A stretch of 64,000 nucleotides of DNA from Plasmodiophora brassicae (taxonomy: Eukaryota). Positions within the stretch are counted from its first letter, which is position 1, and each line of letters opens with the position of its first letter. The DNA lies in assembly GCA_036867785.1 (NCBI GenBank), contig CP145416.1, forward strand, positions 806,001 through 870,000, read 5' to 3'. The position numbers were made by a program, and so were the translations under genes. This document shows, piece by piece, positions 12,744 through 25,702 of this stretch. The notes beneath the pieces were generated by a model that was not told the origin of the DNA, made no database searches, and saw only the letters and a list, made by a program, of their open reading frames with translations.

Positions 12744-13607
12744 ATGATGCAATGTGTATGCAAGGATGCACAAAGGGGCGGCTGGTACTATAATCAGTTC
12801 GTCGGGACGGTGTTCAGCGAGTGCCTGTATTATCCGGTCGACTATATTCCGCTCGTCTGCGGTCTGATCAGCACTGTCCTCTGGATGTTCGCTCTGATGC
12901 CACAGATCATCACGAATTACAAGAACAAGCAAACGGAAGCGCTGTCCCCAGTGTTCGTTGTCGTTTGGCTGGCTGGCGATGTCTTCACGTTGGCCGGCGC
13001 TGTCATCAGTCAGCAGCCAATGACGATGATCCTCTGTGGCGCGTACTTCTGCCTCAACGACGTCTTCATGCTCTCTCAAAGTTACATTTATCGTAACAAT
13101 TCCTCAGGCGGCCGGCGTTCGTCCAGGTCGAAATCCGTTGCAACGCTGTGTGCCGTGGCACTCATGGTTGGTGGAACGATTGCGGCGACGTCTACGTCAA
13201 TGTCGCCATCCGTTACTGGCCGAACGCTGCTAAGCGAAAACACAAATTACTGTGACTACGAGAGCGATAACGAGATCCGGTTTATCTTGGGCAGTGTCAT
13301 CTCGTGGATCGCCGGTATGCTGTACTTCTTCTCGCGTATTCCCCAGATCCGTCACATGGTCTCGTCTCGAAGCGTTGAAGGGTTAGACGTGCGCATGTTC
13401 ATCCTCTGCGTCGCCGCCAACACGTTCGGGGGTGCACAATTCATCGCCAAGGCTGCGTTGAGCAACGACTTCAACGTTCAAAAGTGGTGCGCGAATACCC
13501 TCCCTTTCGTCATCGGCAGCACTGGCACCCTCGTCTTCGACTTCATCATCATTACCATTTACTTCAGGTATGGCCGACTTCCTACGAGGGACATCGAGAA
13601 GCAATGA
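12744..13607 (+). CDS. PQ-loop lysosomal/vacuolar amino acid transporter (PQLC2/Ypq-like)
   Basis: Two PQ loops (ALMPQIITNY..K.TEALS..F...WLAGD and SRIPQI...RSVEGL), with about 7 hydrophobic segments. Confidence 0.9.
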   Translation: MMQCVCKDAQRGGWYYNQFVGTVFSECLYYPVDYIPLVCGLISTVLWMFALMPQIITNYKNKQTEALSPVFVVVWLAGDVFTLAGAVISQQPMTMILCGAYFCLNDVFMLSQSYIYRNNSSGGRRSSRSKSVATLCAVALMVGGTIAATSTSMSPSVTGRTLLSENTNYCDYESDNEIRFILGSVISWIAGMLYFFSRIPQIRHMVSSRSVEGLDVRMFILCVAANTFGGAQFIAKAALSNDFNVQKWCANTLPFVIGSTGTLVFDFIIITIYFRYGRLPTRDIEKQ

Positions 13608-13942
13608 TATCCGTGATCGTCCACTATGTGGAAATAAAGTCGTTCGGAATCGGTTCAAGCATGAATCTCGATCAGGTGGATGACTCAACCGACGGGTCAA
13701 TCAGCTGCTGTTGAAGTATCTGTCGCATAGAATATCAGCGGTCATCACCTGCAACGAGCTTGTCGCCAGGCGACGAAGCAGGCCTGAAGTGCGCGTACGG
13801 CTCCGTGGCGGCGCAGCCTACGTGCCCTGGTTGAGGGTCGAGACGTTGCAACCTGCTGCAGGGCCACGCGTACGGCTGTCCCGCAGGCTCTGGGCATCTT
13901 ATTTATCGCTGGGCGAGCCCGGTCAACCCATCCGTTCCCACA

Positions 13943-15511
13943 ATGTCCGACTCGCTGTCATCATTGCAGAGTGAAACCGAGGAGGTCGGCGGCCTGGTCG
14001 TTCCCCATGTCGCACTGCGCCAGTTCGGGTCTTCGTCGTCGGCCGGCGTGCCTCGAGGGCTCAGCCTCAGCGTGTCCATGGCCGACACGGACCTAGACCT
14101 GCCGATGGGGGGCGTATCGCCCAGCGACAAACGTTTTCACGTCCCGGTGCATGATTTCAGAAGGTATATTGCTGAAGTACTCGAACCGGTCAACGAAATC
14201 TGTTGCGACGGATACGACGAGGAAATGGATGTCAGCGTGCGGCGGCTGTGCCTGTTGCTCCGTGTCTTAATGCTCGGCGCGTAGGAACTTCAACGACGAT
14301 GCGTCACTGCAAATTTGAAGCAGCTTGTGTACCCGAGGTCTTCGAAGCTGACGAAGAAGAACCGGTACATGAACATTCTGCCATGTAAGCCGTTTCTGCT
14401 TGGGTACCGTGTCAATAGTGCCTGACGATCCGCGTTGTTGTTCTTCACAGATGCGCACACGCGTGTCGTCCTGGACCAGCTCAAGCAAGATGCCGACTCG
14501 GACTACATCAATGCCAACTTTGTCAAAGCCGACGTTGTTGGATCTACCACGACATATATATCAACGCAAGCGCCTGTTCCCAACAGCGTCCAGGATTTCT
14601 GGAGGATGGTCTGGGAGCATAAGTCGACCCTAGTGGTCATGCTGACGCCTTTGAAAGAGAAGGAGACGGTGAAGGTCCCGCGTTGCAGTACTGCTATGCG
14701 TTCCGACACTGATAGCCGTCCACAGGTGAAGTCAGACATTTACTGGCCGAAAAAGGTCGATAAGTGCAAGGAATTCTCGAATGGGATTTCGGTCCGGATG
14801 ACCGCAGAGGCGCACACCGGCGACATCGTTACCCGCATGTTCGAAGTGTTCGCGACTGCGGTATGAATTGCGCATATGAACGACATCTCCCACCAGCGCT
14901 AACGATGCTGGGGAATTGTAGAACCCAAACGATGTCAGAGTGGTTCATCAGATCCAGGTGCGCCCTGTCGAATTCCGTCTTATTGTCGCCCTACTTGTCT
15001 AACCGTCGACCCCCACCCCCAGTATATTGCATGGCCGGACCACAATGTCCCTGTATCGTTTGACTCGTATTTGGCCATGCTGGACGCCTACCGTACGGTT
15101 CGCGATAGGTCATCCGGGCCCGTCATCGTACACTGCAGGTACGTATGGCGCTGGGAGCGTTATCCTCATCTGACTTGCGTTACCATCAGCGCCGGTGTCG
15201 GTCGGACGGGGACGTTCATCGGGATTGACATTGCAGTGGACCATCTGGGTCACATTATTCGCTCTGGCACCCCAATGGATACAGTCTGCATCGTCGATAT
15301 GGTGTACAGCATGCGGACACAGCGTCCTGGAATGGTCCAAACGAAGGTCCGACGTCTGGAGCACTGTCCGGATACTGGCACTCATTAATTCGAACAGACG
15401 CAATACCGTTTCATGTACGAGTTCCTTGGCTTCTGCATAGAGCATGGGCATTTCGGTCTTCGAGTCGCCGCGCTAACCACACCGTCACCCGTTCGGGTTC
15501 CGATAAACTAA
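13943..15511 (+). CDS. Classical non-receptor protein tyrosine phosphatase
   Basis: Spliced motifs NRYMNILP, DYINAN, YISTQAP, DFWRMVWE, WPDH, VHCSAGVGRTG and QRPGMVQT..QY. Confidence 0.92.
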
Positions 15512-15533
15512 CAATTGTCTCCACGTGTTTACT

Positions 15534-16682
15534 CTACCCATCATGCTGCTCCTGGCTGGAGCTGGCAGCCGGCATGCCCTTCAGGACGCGATCTCGGATC
15601 GCCTCCATATGGTCCTCGAACTTCATCTGCCCGTTGACGATTCCTAGCTGAACCGACGCGTGCGTGAAGGCCTTCAGGTTGCCGGTCGCCTTGGCGACCT
15701 GCCTGGCCTGATGATACAGCAGGCGAGCCTGTGGCAGGTCTTCCTGCATCGTGGCAATATCGGCCAGGTGCGCGTACGCGATCCCGGCCGCTGTCGTGTT
15801 GTGTGTCGCCCTCGACAGCTCCAGGAACCGTTCCATGCACGCCTTGGCCGTAGACAAGTCGCCACTGAGCCCACCGACGATACCCAAGTTGTTAACCGCG
15901 ATCGCTTGCGAGGTCTGCGACTCCATCCGGATGGCGTACCGCAGGGCGTGCTGATGGTGCTCGAGAGCGACCTGGTGCTCGCCAAGGCACGCGTACACGC
16001 ATCCGAGGTTCGTATGCGCGACGAACTTGCCTTGCAGGTCTGCCGACTCCAAATGCATGTGATGGTACTTCAGCGCCGTTCCCAGATCGCCTGTCTTCTG
16101 GTACATAGCCGCGATGCTGTTACAGGACACCGCCTGGCCCGGCGCGTCCTTTCGTTCTGCGCTGATCTCCAGGTGCCGTTTGAACGCTGATATCGCTTGC
16201 GTCAGCGCGCCCGTTGCCTCGTGCAGCAACCCGATGTTGAACAAGGAGTTGGCTTCAGCGGATCCCCGACCCGCTCGCCTACACGCTTTCGCTCGCGCCT
16301 TGTAATCCGACATCAGCTTGGGGTCGATCTTATCCATCCGCGACGCTTTAGCGACCACGTTCATGTTGGCTGGGAAGTCGACACGAACAGGCTCGGGTAC
16401 CGGGCCGTTGCTCGCGCGTCGCTGACCTTCCCATGGCCGCCCTTTTGGTTTCACCAACGGCGATCGTCGCTGCGGCGAGACGGATCTCGATAGCGAGATC
16501 GGCGGCGGCGGACAGTTCGCCCTGGCCGGCCTGTAATGCGGCCGATGCCGATCCGGGGAATCGTGCAGGATCGACCGGAACGCCGGCGACGCCTCGAACG
16601 TGTTGAACCCCTGCAGCGACGCCGAGTGTCGCGGGTCCAGCGCTGGCAACCTTGCCGGGGCCGTCGTCGCCGTCTGCGACAT
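15534..16682 (-). CDS. Tetratricopeptide repeat protein
   Basis: Several TPRs (e.g. AHTNLGCVYACLGEHQVALEHHQHAL). The likely start is the ATG at 16682. Confidence 0.85.
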   Translation of the reverse strand: MSQTATTAPARLPALDPRHSASLQGFNTFEASPAFRSILHDSPDRHRPHYRPARANCPPPPISLSRSVSPQRRSPLVKPKGRPWEGQRRASNGPVPEPVRVDFPANMNVVAKASRMDKIDPKLMSDYKARAKACRRAGRGSAEANSLFNIGLLHEATGALTQAISAFKRHLEISAERKDAPGQAVSCNSIAAMYQKTGDLGTALKYHHMHLESADLQGKFVAHTNLGCVYACLGEHQVALEHHQHALRYAIRMESQTSQAIAVNNLGIVGGLSGDLSTAKACMERFLELSRATHNTTAAGIAYAHLADIATMQEDLPQARLLYHQARQVAKATGNLKAFTHASVQLGIVNGQMKFEDHMEAIRDRVLKGMPAASSSQEQHDG

Positions 16683-16887
16683 TAGATTCCAACCTTGGGG
16701 CGTACTACTTTGATCAACGCGATTGCATGCGGGTGCCACGTGTCGCGTAGATATTAATGTTGCAGCGTGACTCTTGGTAACGTTCCGCGTTACGACGACA
16801 CGTGGTTCACGGCAACGTTTCGCGTCACACATCATGAGTCGGGTCCTGTTTCGTGGGTCAGAAACGTGGACTGCGCGGCACCCGACG

Positions 16888-17508
16888 ATGGCGACGTCGG
16901 ACGTTGACGATGAGCGCCGTGATGGTGGTGGCGTCGACAGGTTGTCGATGTGCCATGCTATTGCGGTGCTGGTTGTCGGGGTCGCGGTCGCCATTGTCGG
17001 GTTGGTTGAGACCGGGTCGGGGGTGTCGTGGCTGCGTTCGCCGAATTCGGGCGCGGCGACGGCGCTGCTGGTTGGCAGCGCGTTGTATTACGCTGTTGAC
17101 GTGGTGCGGTTGATATGGTGGCCGAATCCGTGGACAACGGTGATGATGCAACGGGGGCTGATCGCGCACCATGCCCTGTGTCTGATAGCGGTTGTCCCGA
17201 GCGTTGTCGTGGGGCGTGACGCGGCGATTGTGGTGACGGGGATGGTGATTGGGGAGGTGTCAAACCCGCCGAGATTGCTGGCGCATCGGTCGAAAACGTG
17301 CCTGGATATCCATTTGGCCACGTTCGTGGCGACGAGGATCGCGGCGGCAGTGTTCACCAAGTTTGCCATTCCGTTCATGCATATGTGGACGACAGCGGTC
17401 GGCGCGATCGGCGTTCTGCTCGTGTCGGCGGCTGCCATCATGCAGAACTGTCACCAATTCACGGCACCGCTCATCACGCGCGATGGGATAGAAGCGAACA
17501 GATCCTAA
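16888..17508 (+). CDS. TLC (TRAM/LAG1/CLN8) domain membrane protein
   Basis: Motifs YYAVD, IAHH, GEVSNP and FVATRI, with several TM segments. Confidence 0.7.
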   Translation: MATSDVDDERRDGGGVDRLSMCHAIAVLVVGVAVAIVGLVETGSGVSWLRSPNSGAATALLVGSALYYAVDVVRLIWWPNPWTTVMMQRGLIAHHALCLIAVVPSVVVGRDAAIVVTGMVIGEVSNPPRLLAHRSKTCLDIHLATFVATRIAAAVFTKFAIPFMHMWTTAVGAIGVLLVSAAAIMQNCHQFTAPLITRDGIEANRS

Positions 17509-17523
17509 ATAATTGTATAATGT

Positions 17524-17962
17524 TCATGAGGCCAACTTGCCGGATTTGCCCTTGACGAGCAGGTCCTTGGCCTCGTTAATCTTCTTCGCCAGATACGGTG
17601 ACCCGCCACTGTCCGGGTGGTTGTTCTTCATCAGCGTTCGGTACCGTTCCATCAGTTTCGTCTTATCGGCGCTAGCGCGAATTCCGAGAATACGTGCCGC
17701 TTCTCGTTTGTTCATCTGACAAATCATTACAATAAAGCTTAGCGGGTTCAATCGAAATACGTACAACAGCCTCAAAGCCGCCTTCGTAATATCGCTGGCC
17801 AAACATAGTGCCGCCAGCTTGCCGCCACGCTGTGTAGGCTTGTCGTGCCATACGGCTGCCAATCAGCGCACCGGCAACGCCGACGCCAGCCAGCAACGGC
17901 CACACCTTCCATAATGCACTATCAGCATGACCTTCCCGACGATCGCCGCTCATCATTACCAT
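17524..17962 (-). CDS. PAM18: Mitochondrial import J-protein Pam18/Tim14
   Basis: [18 protein letters not shown] and [22 protein letters not shown], with two introns. Confidence 0.93.
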
Positions 17963-18038
17963 AGCGCGAAGGGGGAAGTCCGTCACGGAGTCCGCGACGG
18001 ACACCTCGAGGCAACCCGAATTCTAACGGCTGGCACAG

Positions 18039-20586
18039 ATGCCAGGCCCTGCTAAGCGGCGTAACCTATTTACGACCGATGGCAGCGATGATGAGTCGGA
18101 CGCAGACCCGTTCCAGACGTTGCTTTCATCGTTGAAAGTTGACCAGAAGTACGAGGGGATGCTGAAACGTCGCAAGTTGGAGGAAGACGGTGCTGATCAG
18201 TCGGAGGACGATGATGACGACACGTCAGTTGAGGACGGGGAGCGAGTGTTAATGTCAACAGAGGAGATTGTTGAGTTCCAGAGGAAACATGGCGACGCTT
18301 TCGAAGTTGCCGAAGACGGTGAAGAAGACGACAGCGAACAAGGTGATGACGAGTCTTCGGATGATGGTGTCGCGGATAGTAATGACGACGGTGACGACAA
18401 CGTGCCATCCGACGAATCAGAGGACGATGAAGATGTTGCCAATAACGATAACGACGACTCAATTGCAGCGGACCCCAAAGATGAATATTCGGATTTGGAC
18501 GATGGCAAACCGCAAGGCGAGGATCCGGTTCTACCATACCACACTCGAATGTTCTCCAACGAGAGCGCATCTGGTACGCGGACGTGTACGCGACCTAGTG
18601 CAATCGAGCTGATAGATTTGCTTTTGTAGCCCTTCAAGCGAAGGCTCCGTTTACGAACGTGTCGGGGGGTCCTCCGCAATGGCGCGTTACAATGCGGCGC
18701 CTAGCAGAAGATGAAAACGAATCCGTATGGCAGTTGTCTCCTTCGACTGACGATATACAGGTCAGCTTTGCCCTTGTATTTCCCGTCGTTACGTTAACAT
18801 TGTGACGTGCAGAAATCGTGGCCAGGAAATGTTGTTCGGGGTGTTGAGCCGGAGCCGTCTCCTCTTCAGCCTGTTGTCTCCAGATACCAGGATCTTGTAT
18901 ATACCTGCCGCAAGCCTGGTGATGACCGAGCAACTAGGTAGATGGTCACGATGCACCCAGCTTACTGTCATTTACTTATGGTCGCTGCAGTGACCTGTAC
19001 CTTCGGCATGTTGTTCGACATGTCCTGCGAACGCTGAGGACGATCTCGGACAATGATGCTACATTGGAGAGTGATCCGACCTTTGAAGCGCGCGACCAGG
19101 GCTTTACGCACCCGACCGTCCTGATTATGTGTCCCTTCCGGAGCAGCGCACACAGGATCGTGAACCGCGTGCTCGAGCTTCTCCCATCGAAGTTCACCCG
19201 GCAGGTGTCGAACATCAAACGGTTTAACGAAGAGTTCGGCCCTCCTGAGCCAGACGCTGAAGAGAAGGACCGGTTCAATAGGAAGCCATCGCTATACAAA
19301 GACGTGTTTTCTGGTAAGTCGCTGTCGACTCACGTTCTTGACGACCCGCGTTGTGACCATCGCTTGTGCACAGGGAACTTTGATGACAATTTTCGCTTGG
19401 GCATCAAGTTGGGCAAGCGGTCGGTCAAGCTGTTTGCAGACTTCTATGCTGTACGTCCCAGCGCTGCAACAGGCCAACGTATCACATCGCTGACGTGCAC
19501 CCACAGTCTGATATTATCATTGCCTCGCCTCTTGGACTGCGAATGATTGTCGGCGGTGAAGGGGATCTGCAGAGCGAACGTGACTATGACTTCCTGTCGT
19601 CGATTGAGGTCGCGGTATTGGACCAGGCCGACGTTTTTATGATGCAGAACTGGGAACACCTACAGGCAGTGCTCAGTTGCATGAACCTCATCCCGAATGT
19701 TAGTTGTTGCTACGATCATATTGCTGTGATGTTGTTTTGATCGCTCCTTAGGATTCGTCCCACTCCGACTTCTCCCGTCTGCGCTCCTGGAACCTGGATG
19801 GATTGGCGGCTTACCACCGCCAGATGCTCATATTCGCTTCACACGGGTTTGTCAAATTCCCTTTTCCACGGCGCCCGTCACCTCATGCTTCGTACAGGTT
19901 CCCTGAGTTGAACGCCCTATCGTCCAAGCACTGTCTATCGCTAGCGGGGTGCGTTCGCATCCGTCGCCACGAGTTTCCTGGCGTCCTGGAGCAAGTTGTC
20001 CTCCCGATACGGCAGCAGTTCCAACGTTTCCATCATGGAGATACGCCTACCGACGCCAGTGAAGCCCGTTTCAAGTGGTTCGCTGAAGAGATCCTCCCGC
20101 AACTGAAGACCAACCTGTCGTCACACATTCTATTGTTCGTTCCTTCGTACTTCGATTACGTTCGCATCCGGAATTTGCTTCGCTCTCAAAAGGTCAAGGT
20201 TGCTCTTTGCTCAGAGTACACCAAGAAAGGTAGTACCAGTCCACACTTCGACGTTACGCGAGCATGATCTGATAGCGTGTACAGGATCGGTTGCGCGCGC
20301 TCGAAGCCGGTTCTTCCACGGCGAGCAGAAGTTCCTGCTGTGCACCGAACGATTCCATTTCTTCCGCCGGTACTGCATCCGCGGCGCGCACACGATCTTC
20401 TTCTACGGCCTGCCCCAGGAACCCACCTTCTACCTCGACTTCGTCAACGCCATTGAACCCGGCTCCCACCAGACGACGATTGCGCTCTTCTCCCGGTTCG
20501 ACGCGCTCGCTCTCGAACGGGTCGTCGGGTCGTCCCGAGCCGCCCGCCTGCTCAGTGCGCACAAGGACCTCCACATGTTCTGCTGA
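18039..20586 (+). CDS. UTP25: U3 snoRNA-associated protein 25 (DEF/DIEXF)
   Basis: [51 protein letters not shown] and [13 protein letters not shown]. Confidence 0.93.
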
Positions 20587-20737
20587 TTGCCACTCCTCCT
20601 TGTCTATCTATAGTACTGCGGTTGCGTCGTGCAGCTCACTGAGCGTACTCATCGTCACTCGTAGTGGTCAGCAACGCGAACATTCGTTGACGGGTTCGGG
20701 ATCCGGAGCGGACAGGTAGCTGCTGTTTCTGCGCCGC

Positions 20738-22900
20738 ATGGCGTTGTCCGTCGTGCGATCGTTGGTCAGCGCCCATGGCCGGCAGGTCGTCGCGCTGGGC
20801 CTGGCGACGACCGGATCCGCGCTGGCGTACTATCATGCGCCTTTCGAACCGGCCACTCGCGTCCTGGTTGGCGATCTGTCGGGCGGTGTTTCGGATGTGT
20901 GCTAACCAGTTCCGCTAGAGGACAGCGTCGGTTGCCGCCTCGATCGCTCTGGACTATCACCTGTCCAGTTGCGGCGACGACGAGCAGTGCTTGGCTCGGG
21001 TGCATGAGAGAAGTGCAACGAAGATCTTAGAGCTGTGCCTGAGGCATGGCGGGTATCCATCACGATACGCCTGAATTGTGTTCAAACCTTCGGTTGACAC
21101 GATAATGTAGAATCTTTGTCAAAGCGGGGCAGTACCTGGCTAGCCTAACTCACGTGCTCCCGCCGCAGTACACTGCTACTCTGGCAACGCTGCAGGATAA
21201 AGCGCACCCGCGACCATTCAGAGACGTCGTGGCAATATTTGTCGAGGCAAGACGACGTGCGTCGATTCCTCCAGTTGTACGCTTATACCGTTTAGGAACT
21301 TGGCCAGCATCCCCTGGACGTGTTTGAGCACATTGACACGGAGCCTATTGCGGCTGCGTCACTTGCCCAGGTGCATCGGGCGGTGCTTCGCAAATCTGGC
21401 GAACACGTCGCCGTTAAGATCCAGGTCTGGCATTGGCGGTACCATGCCTCGCGGCGCTGATCTTCTGGGATTCAGTACCCTCGGCTGCATGCACTGCTGG
21501 ATACCGACATCCACTCGTTGACGCGTCTCGTCAAGATTATCGTGCGTTTGTATCCGAACCTGGACTTTATGTGGATGATTGATGAGTTCCAAGGTTAGTT
21601 GCCGGGTACCTTGGCCAATGTACTGGGTAACTGCCATGTTGCAGGCAACATGGCAAAGGAAATGGACTTTGAGTTAGAAGGTCGTTCGGCAGAACGCGTT
21701 GCCGGCTATTTGAGAAACCGGCGAGACGTTGCCGTACCTCGAATTCATTGGAACCTGACGACAAAGAGACTCCTTGTCATGGAGTTCATGGAGGGTTGGT
21801 CCGGTCTTGTTCAGATGAAGACCTGCCTGTGTGACAGCTTGCCTGCAGGCGTCCGAGTCGACAATATCGGAGCGATTCGTAAATATGGGTTTGATCCGCC
21901 GTCTGTCAGCAGCATCGTATCCGACGTCTTCGCCCATTTGATATTCCACCACGGCTTCGTCCATGCGGATCCCCACCCAGGTAGAGGTTATCACCTGCCA
22001 CCAGCAGCACCCGTTTACACCACGTGGCATCCGCACAGGAAACATCCTCATTCGTCCCCGTCCAGATCAGCCAAAGCTTCCTCAGATGGTACTGCTTGAC
22101 CATGGGCTCTACCAGGAACTTACAGATGAGTTCCGACTCGACTACTGCCGCCTCTGGGTCGCCTGCATTGTTCTTGACCTTCGTGCAATCCGGGATGTCA
22201 GTAGGAGGTTCGGCGTGGAAAGCTACTACAAGTAAGTGCTTGATTCAGATGCTCGCTTGGATGTGCGCTGAAAGTCTGTGCTAGGCTGTTCCCAATGTTG
22301 TTCACGTTCCGCCCGGCTGGCGGCGAGCGGAAACCGCTAGGCACCAGCATAAACAAAGAGGCTGTGCTTGAAGAGATCTACAAGTTCGGACAAGAGCGCG
22401 ACAGCCCTCTGGTACACAGAACGTGGACCGATTTATTTGACGCTACCACTGAGGGATGTGCGGTCAGAGTTCACGACAGATTACTATGGAAGCGAACGAC
22501 TTTCTCTCGTCGTTGCCCCGACAGGTACACAGACTCTGCCGACTGATATGCTTGACCTCGCTAACTGCCTGCAGATGCTGCTTGTTCTGAAGACACAAAA
22601 CCTTGTTCGTCAGATCAACAAGCATCTGGGTGGGACGTCTCTCGGTCGGCTGAAAGTCATGTTTCGTCAGGCCGTTCGTGGCAGCTTTGTTGTTCACGAC
22701 CACAGGTACATACCCACCAGTGCATCAAGCCACGTTGCAGCCCAACGCTCACTTCATTGGACAGTGTCGTCAGTCGAATGATATGGGCAATCGTTGCTGA
22801 GATCCAGCTGGTCAAGCTTCGTTTGGCGCTGTGGCTGGCTGAACTGGGGACCTGGATCTCTCGGTTTAACCGGTCTGATGACCGTGTCATGATAGGATAG
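20738..22900 (+). CDS. ADCK1: ABC1/ADCK1-like atypical kinase
   Basis: [41 protein letters not shown] and LLDHGLY, spread over many exons. Confidence 0.88.
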
Positions 22901-22950
22901 CAATGTGTCCTATCAGATTCCTGGTCGTCAATTTATAAATTGTTCCATGC

Positions 22951-23367
22951 CTACATTCGCCGACGGGACCGTGCCAGAGCCAGATCGGGCCCCAGGATGG
23001 CCTCTACAGCAGCAGCGGCTTCCTGTCTCTCGACGTACTTCGTGAAGCTGGCCACACCGGCGGGATCGTTTTCAGGGCCTTTAAACTTCGCCTTCTCCAG
23101 CTCCAGCTTTCGAAAGTGGTTTTGCTGTTCCGAGCACATTTAACAGAAACGATACTGGCACAGCAGGCGAAACCGTACGAGATACAACGTCAGCGAATCG
23201 CACTGCGTCTCGAACTTGGTCAGGCTGTTGAACAGCGCCAGCTTGTTCTGGTCATTCGGGTCGTTGCTGTCAAGCAGAACATGGGACGCGGTCGTGAACA
23301 GGTTCTCCAGGCACGCCTCGATCGTCATGGCCTGCTGCTGGGCACGCTGACGCACGCCTTCCGCCAT
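22951..23367 (-). CDS. Small helical protein, candidate Mediator subunit Med29/Med2/Med32
   Basis: Two exons. LFNSLTKFETQCDSLTLYL and SFTKYVERQEAAAAVEAIL echo the Med29 helices (F...L..F...CD.L...L and Y..Y....Q). Confidence 0.45.
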
Positions 23368-23565
23368 CGTTACGTCTTGTAATACAATCGCGCGCAATGA
23401 GCGCCCTGCAGCCTGAGCCGCGGCTTGTGATGCCGTTGGCAATGCCGATTGCGATTTTTGGAGACGGCAATTTCACGTGAAAGATTGGGGGAAATTTTGG
23501 TGACCACTTTAGGCGTTGGGCGAGGAGTGCACCGGGAGGGAGGCCGGCCGGGGCCGTCAACGTCG

Positions 23566-25589
23566 ATGGAAGCGCAGCTGTCGTCGGGCGACACGGTCCT
23601 GGCGTCGCGGTCGCTGCCGCCGATGGTGCGCGCCGCCATCGATACGCTGATCGAGGAGTACGCCCGCCTGGAGCAGACGCGGTCGAACTGGCTGCTCCAG
23701 GAGGCGACCATGAAGGCGAAGATCGAGGCGATGGAACGCGAGAGGGCTGCGGAATCGCAGGTTCGCGCCACACTGTCGGCGCGGATTGGCATGCTCGAGT
23801 ACGCCCTGCAGCAGAGGCAGCAACGAGACACGTCCGACGATTCGAAGGCGTCCGGGAAATCGGTGCAATTCCAGGTCCCACCTAAATTGCAACGAGGAGC
23901 GGTGAGTTCGCCGGGAATCAACGTTCCGGACGAGAACGTCGAACCGGTGCCTGTAATCCGGTCGACTGGCTCCGATAAGTACAAGACGCTGCCGTCGAAC
24001 TTCATGTCGCGGTCAGCAAAGTCGATGAGCCCCGGCAGGCGAATGCTGTGGAAGTACCTGGAGGAACTTGGTTACGTTCCTGATCCGTCCGCGAACAAGC
24101 CGACTTCCGGAATCGATGGCCAACCTGAGTCTGCCCCTGCACCAACTGTCAGTGTGGCGTCCGTCGCGCCCGACGTACCCGAACCGGTGGTGACGAAACC
24201 TGTCTCTCGGAACCACTCGCGGAAGGAGACTGATGAATCGGTCGGTGGTGCTTCTGACCTGCAAGGCGACCTCGTGGAAGACGATGACGTCGGCGCTCCA
24301 GACGCCACCGACCTTGATGAGACGATTCGATCGCCGCCAATCTTGCCGAAGATCGCACCCGTCCTTGCACATCCTGAGTCGGTGACAGACGCGCAATACT
24401 CTTTCGAATGGACCTGTACCGCCCCTCAGGATATGTCGTGGAAACCAAAGCTGACACTCCTGCACCACCTTGATGGTGTCCGGTCCGTGTGCTTCCACGA
24501 TCGCGAACCGGTGCTGCTGACCGGCTCTGAGGACGGGACCACCAAGCTGTGGAATATCGATGCAGAGCGTGGCGCTCGTCGTATACAGCCAGTGCACACG
24601 TACCGGGGCCACTCGTGTATGGTCACATCGGTCGCCATCCAGCAAAGCACTTGCGTGACCGCCTCGATCGACGGGGCACTCATCGTCTGGGACCTACCGG
24701 ACCTAGAACGGGGCGACCCTTACGACACTCATGGCTCTGCCAACAAGTTCAGGTGTGTCCCCGGCGGTTTATGCGCCCCATTTCGCTGAATACGCTGTTC
24801 CTCACAGGAGAGCCGTTCTGAAAGGGCACACGGATGCGATCTGGGACGTGCATCTGCACGGCGAGCTTCTCTACTCAGCAGGCGCAGAAGGGGTTGTCCA
24901 CCTATGGAGCGTCAGCGATAGAGGCCCGAAAACCTCGTCGAAGCTGCGCTTAACGCGATCGTCTGACGACTCTCGGACAACCGCTGGCTCTGCATCTGTC
25001 ACAACGCTGGCTTGCGACCGCAACAAGGTTCTTGTTGCATATACGTCTGGGCACTTGGTACAGTTCGACGCCACCACGGGACAGGCTGTCAGAGAATTCA
25101 AACAAGTGTCTCGTCTGACGAAAGCGGTATCGCACCCCATTCACCCACTTCTTCTATGTTCTTCCGTCGACAACACCATCCTGTTCTGCGACATCAACGC
25201 TGGCACACACGTGCACCGGATGCTGTCTCATGCGCAAGCTGTGTCCTCGTTATCGGTTTCCAGCGATGGCGCATCGATGATGTCATCGTGTCACGACTCC
25301 TCGATCAGATTCTGGGACGTTGCCAAACGGGCGTGCGTGCAGGATCTCTCTGCACATCAGACTCATCGTCGGAAATACGGAGAGGTTCGTCCCCGTCCTA
25401 TCTGATCGATGCGTACCTGTTCATCCGAACCCGTTTCAGGCAATTCACAGCGTTGCCTACCATCCCAGCCAGGCATTCGCGGCAAGTGGCGGTGCGGATT
25501 GTGCGGTCAAGGTATGTATTCAACCGTGCCGAGTTCCCGTGCCGACGGCCTGTCACTGACAACCTGCTGCCCAGGTCTACCAGTGCTAA
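23566..25589 (+). CDS. STRN: Striatin (STRIPAK scaffold)
   Basis: Striatin coiled coil (EYARLEQTRSNWLLQEATMKAKI...RIGMLEYAL), the GR..L..YLEELGY motif and C-terminal WD40 repeats. Confidence 0.92.
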
Positions 25590-25702
25590 CACATATCGAT
25601 GAGCCCATCCATGTCCCTATAATACACCATTATTACGCCAGTTATATTACGTCATTTAGTAGGTACGTGTTACGTGGACGGGTCGCCATTTGCGGCGCAC
25701 CG

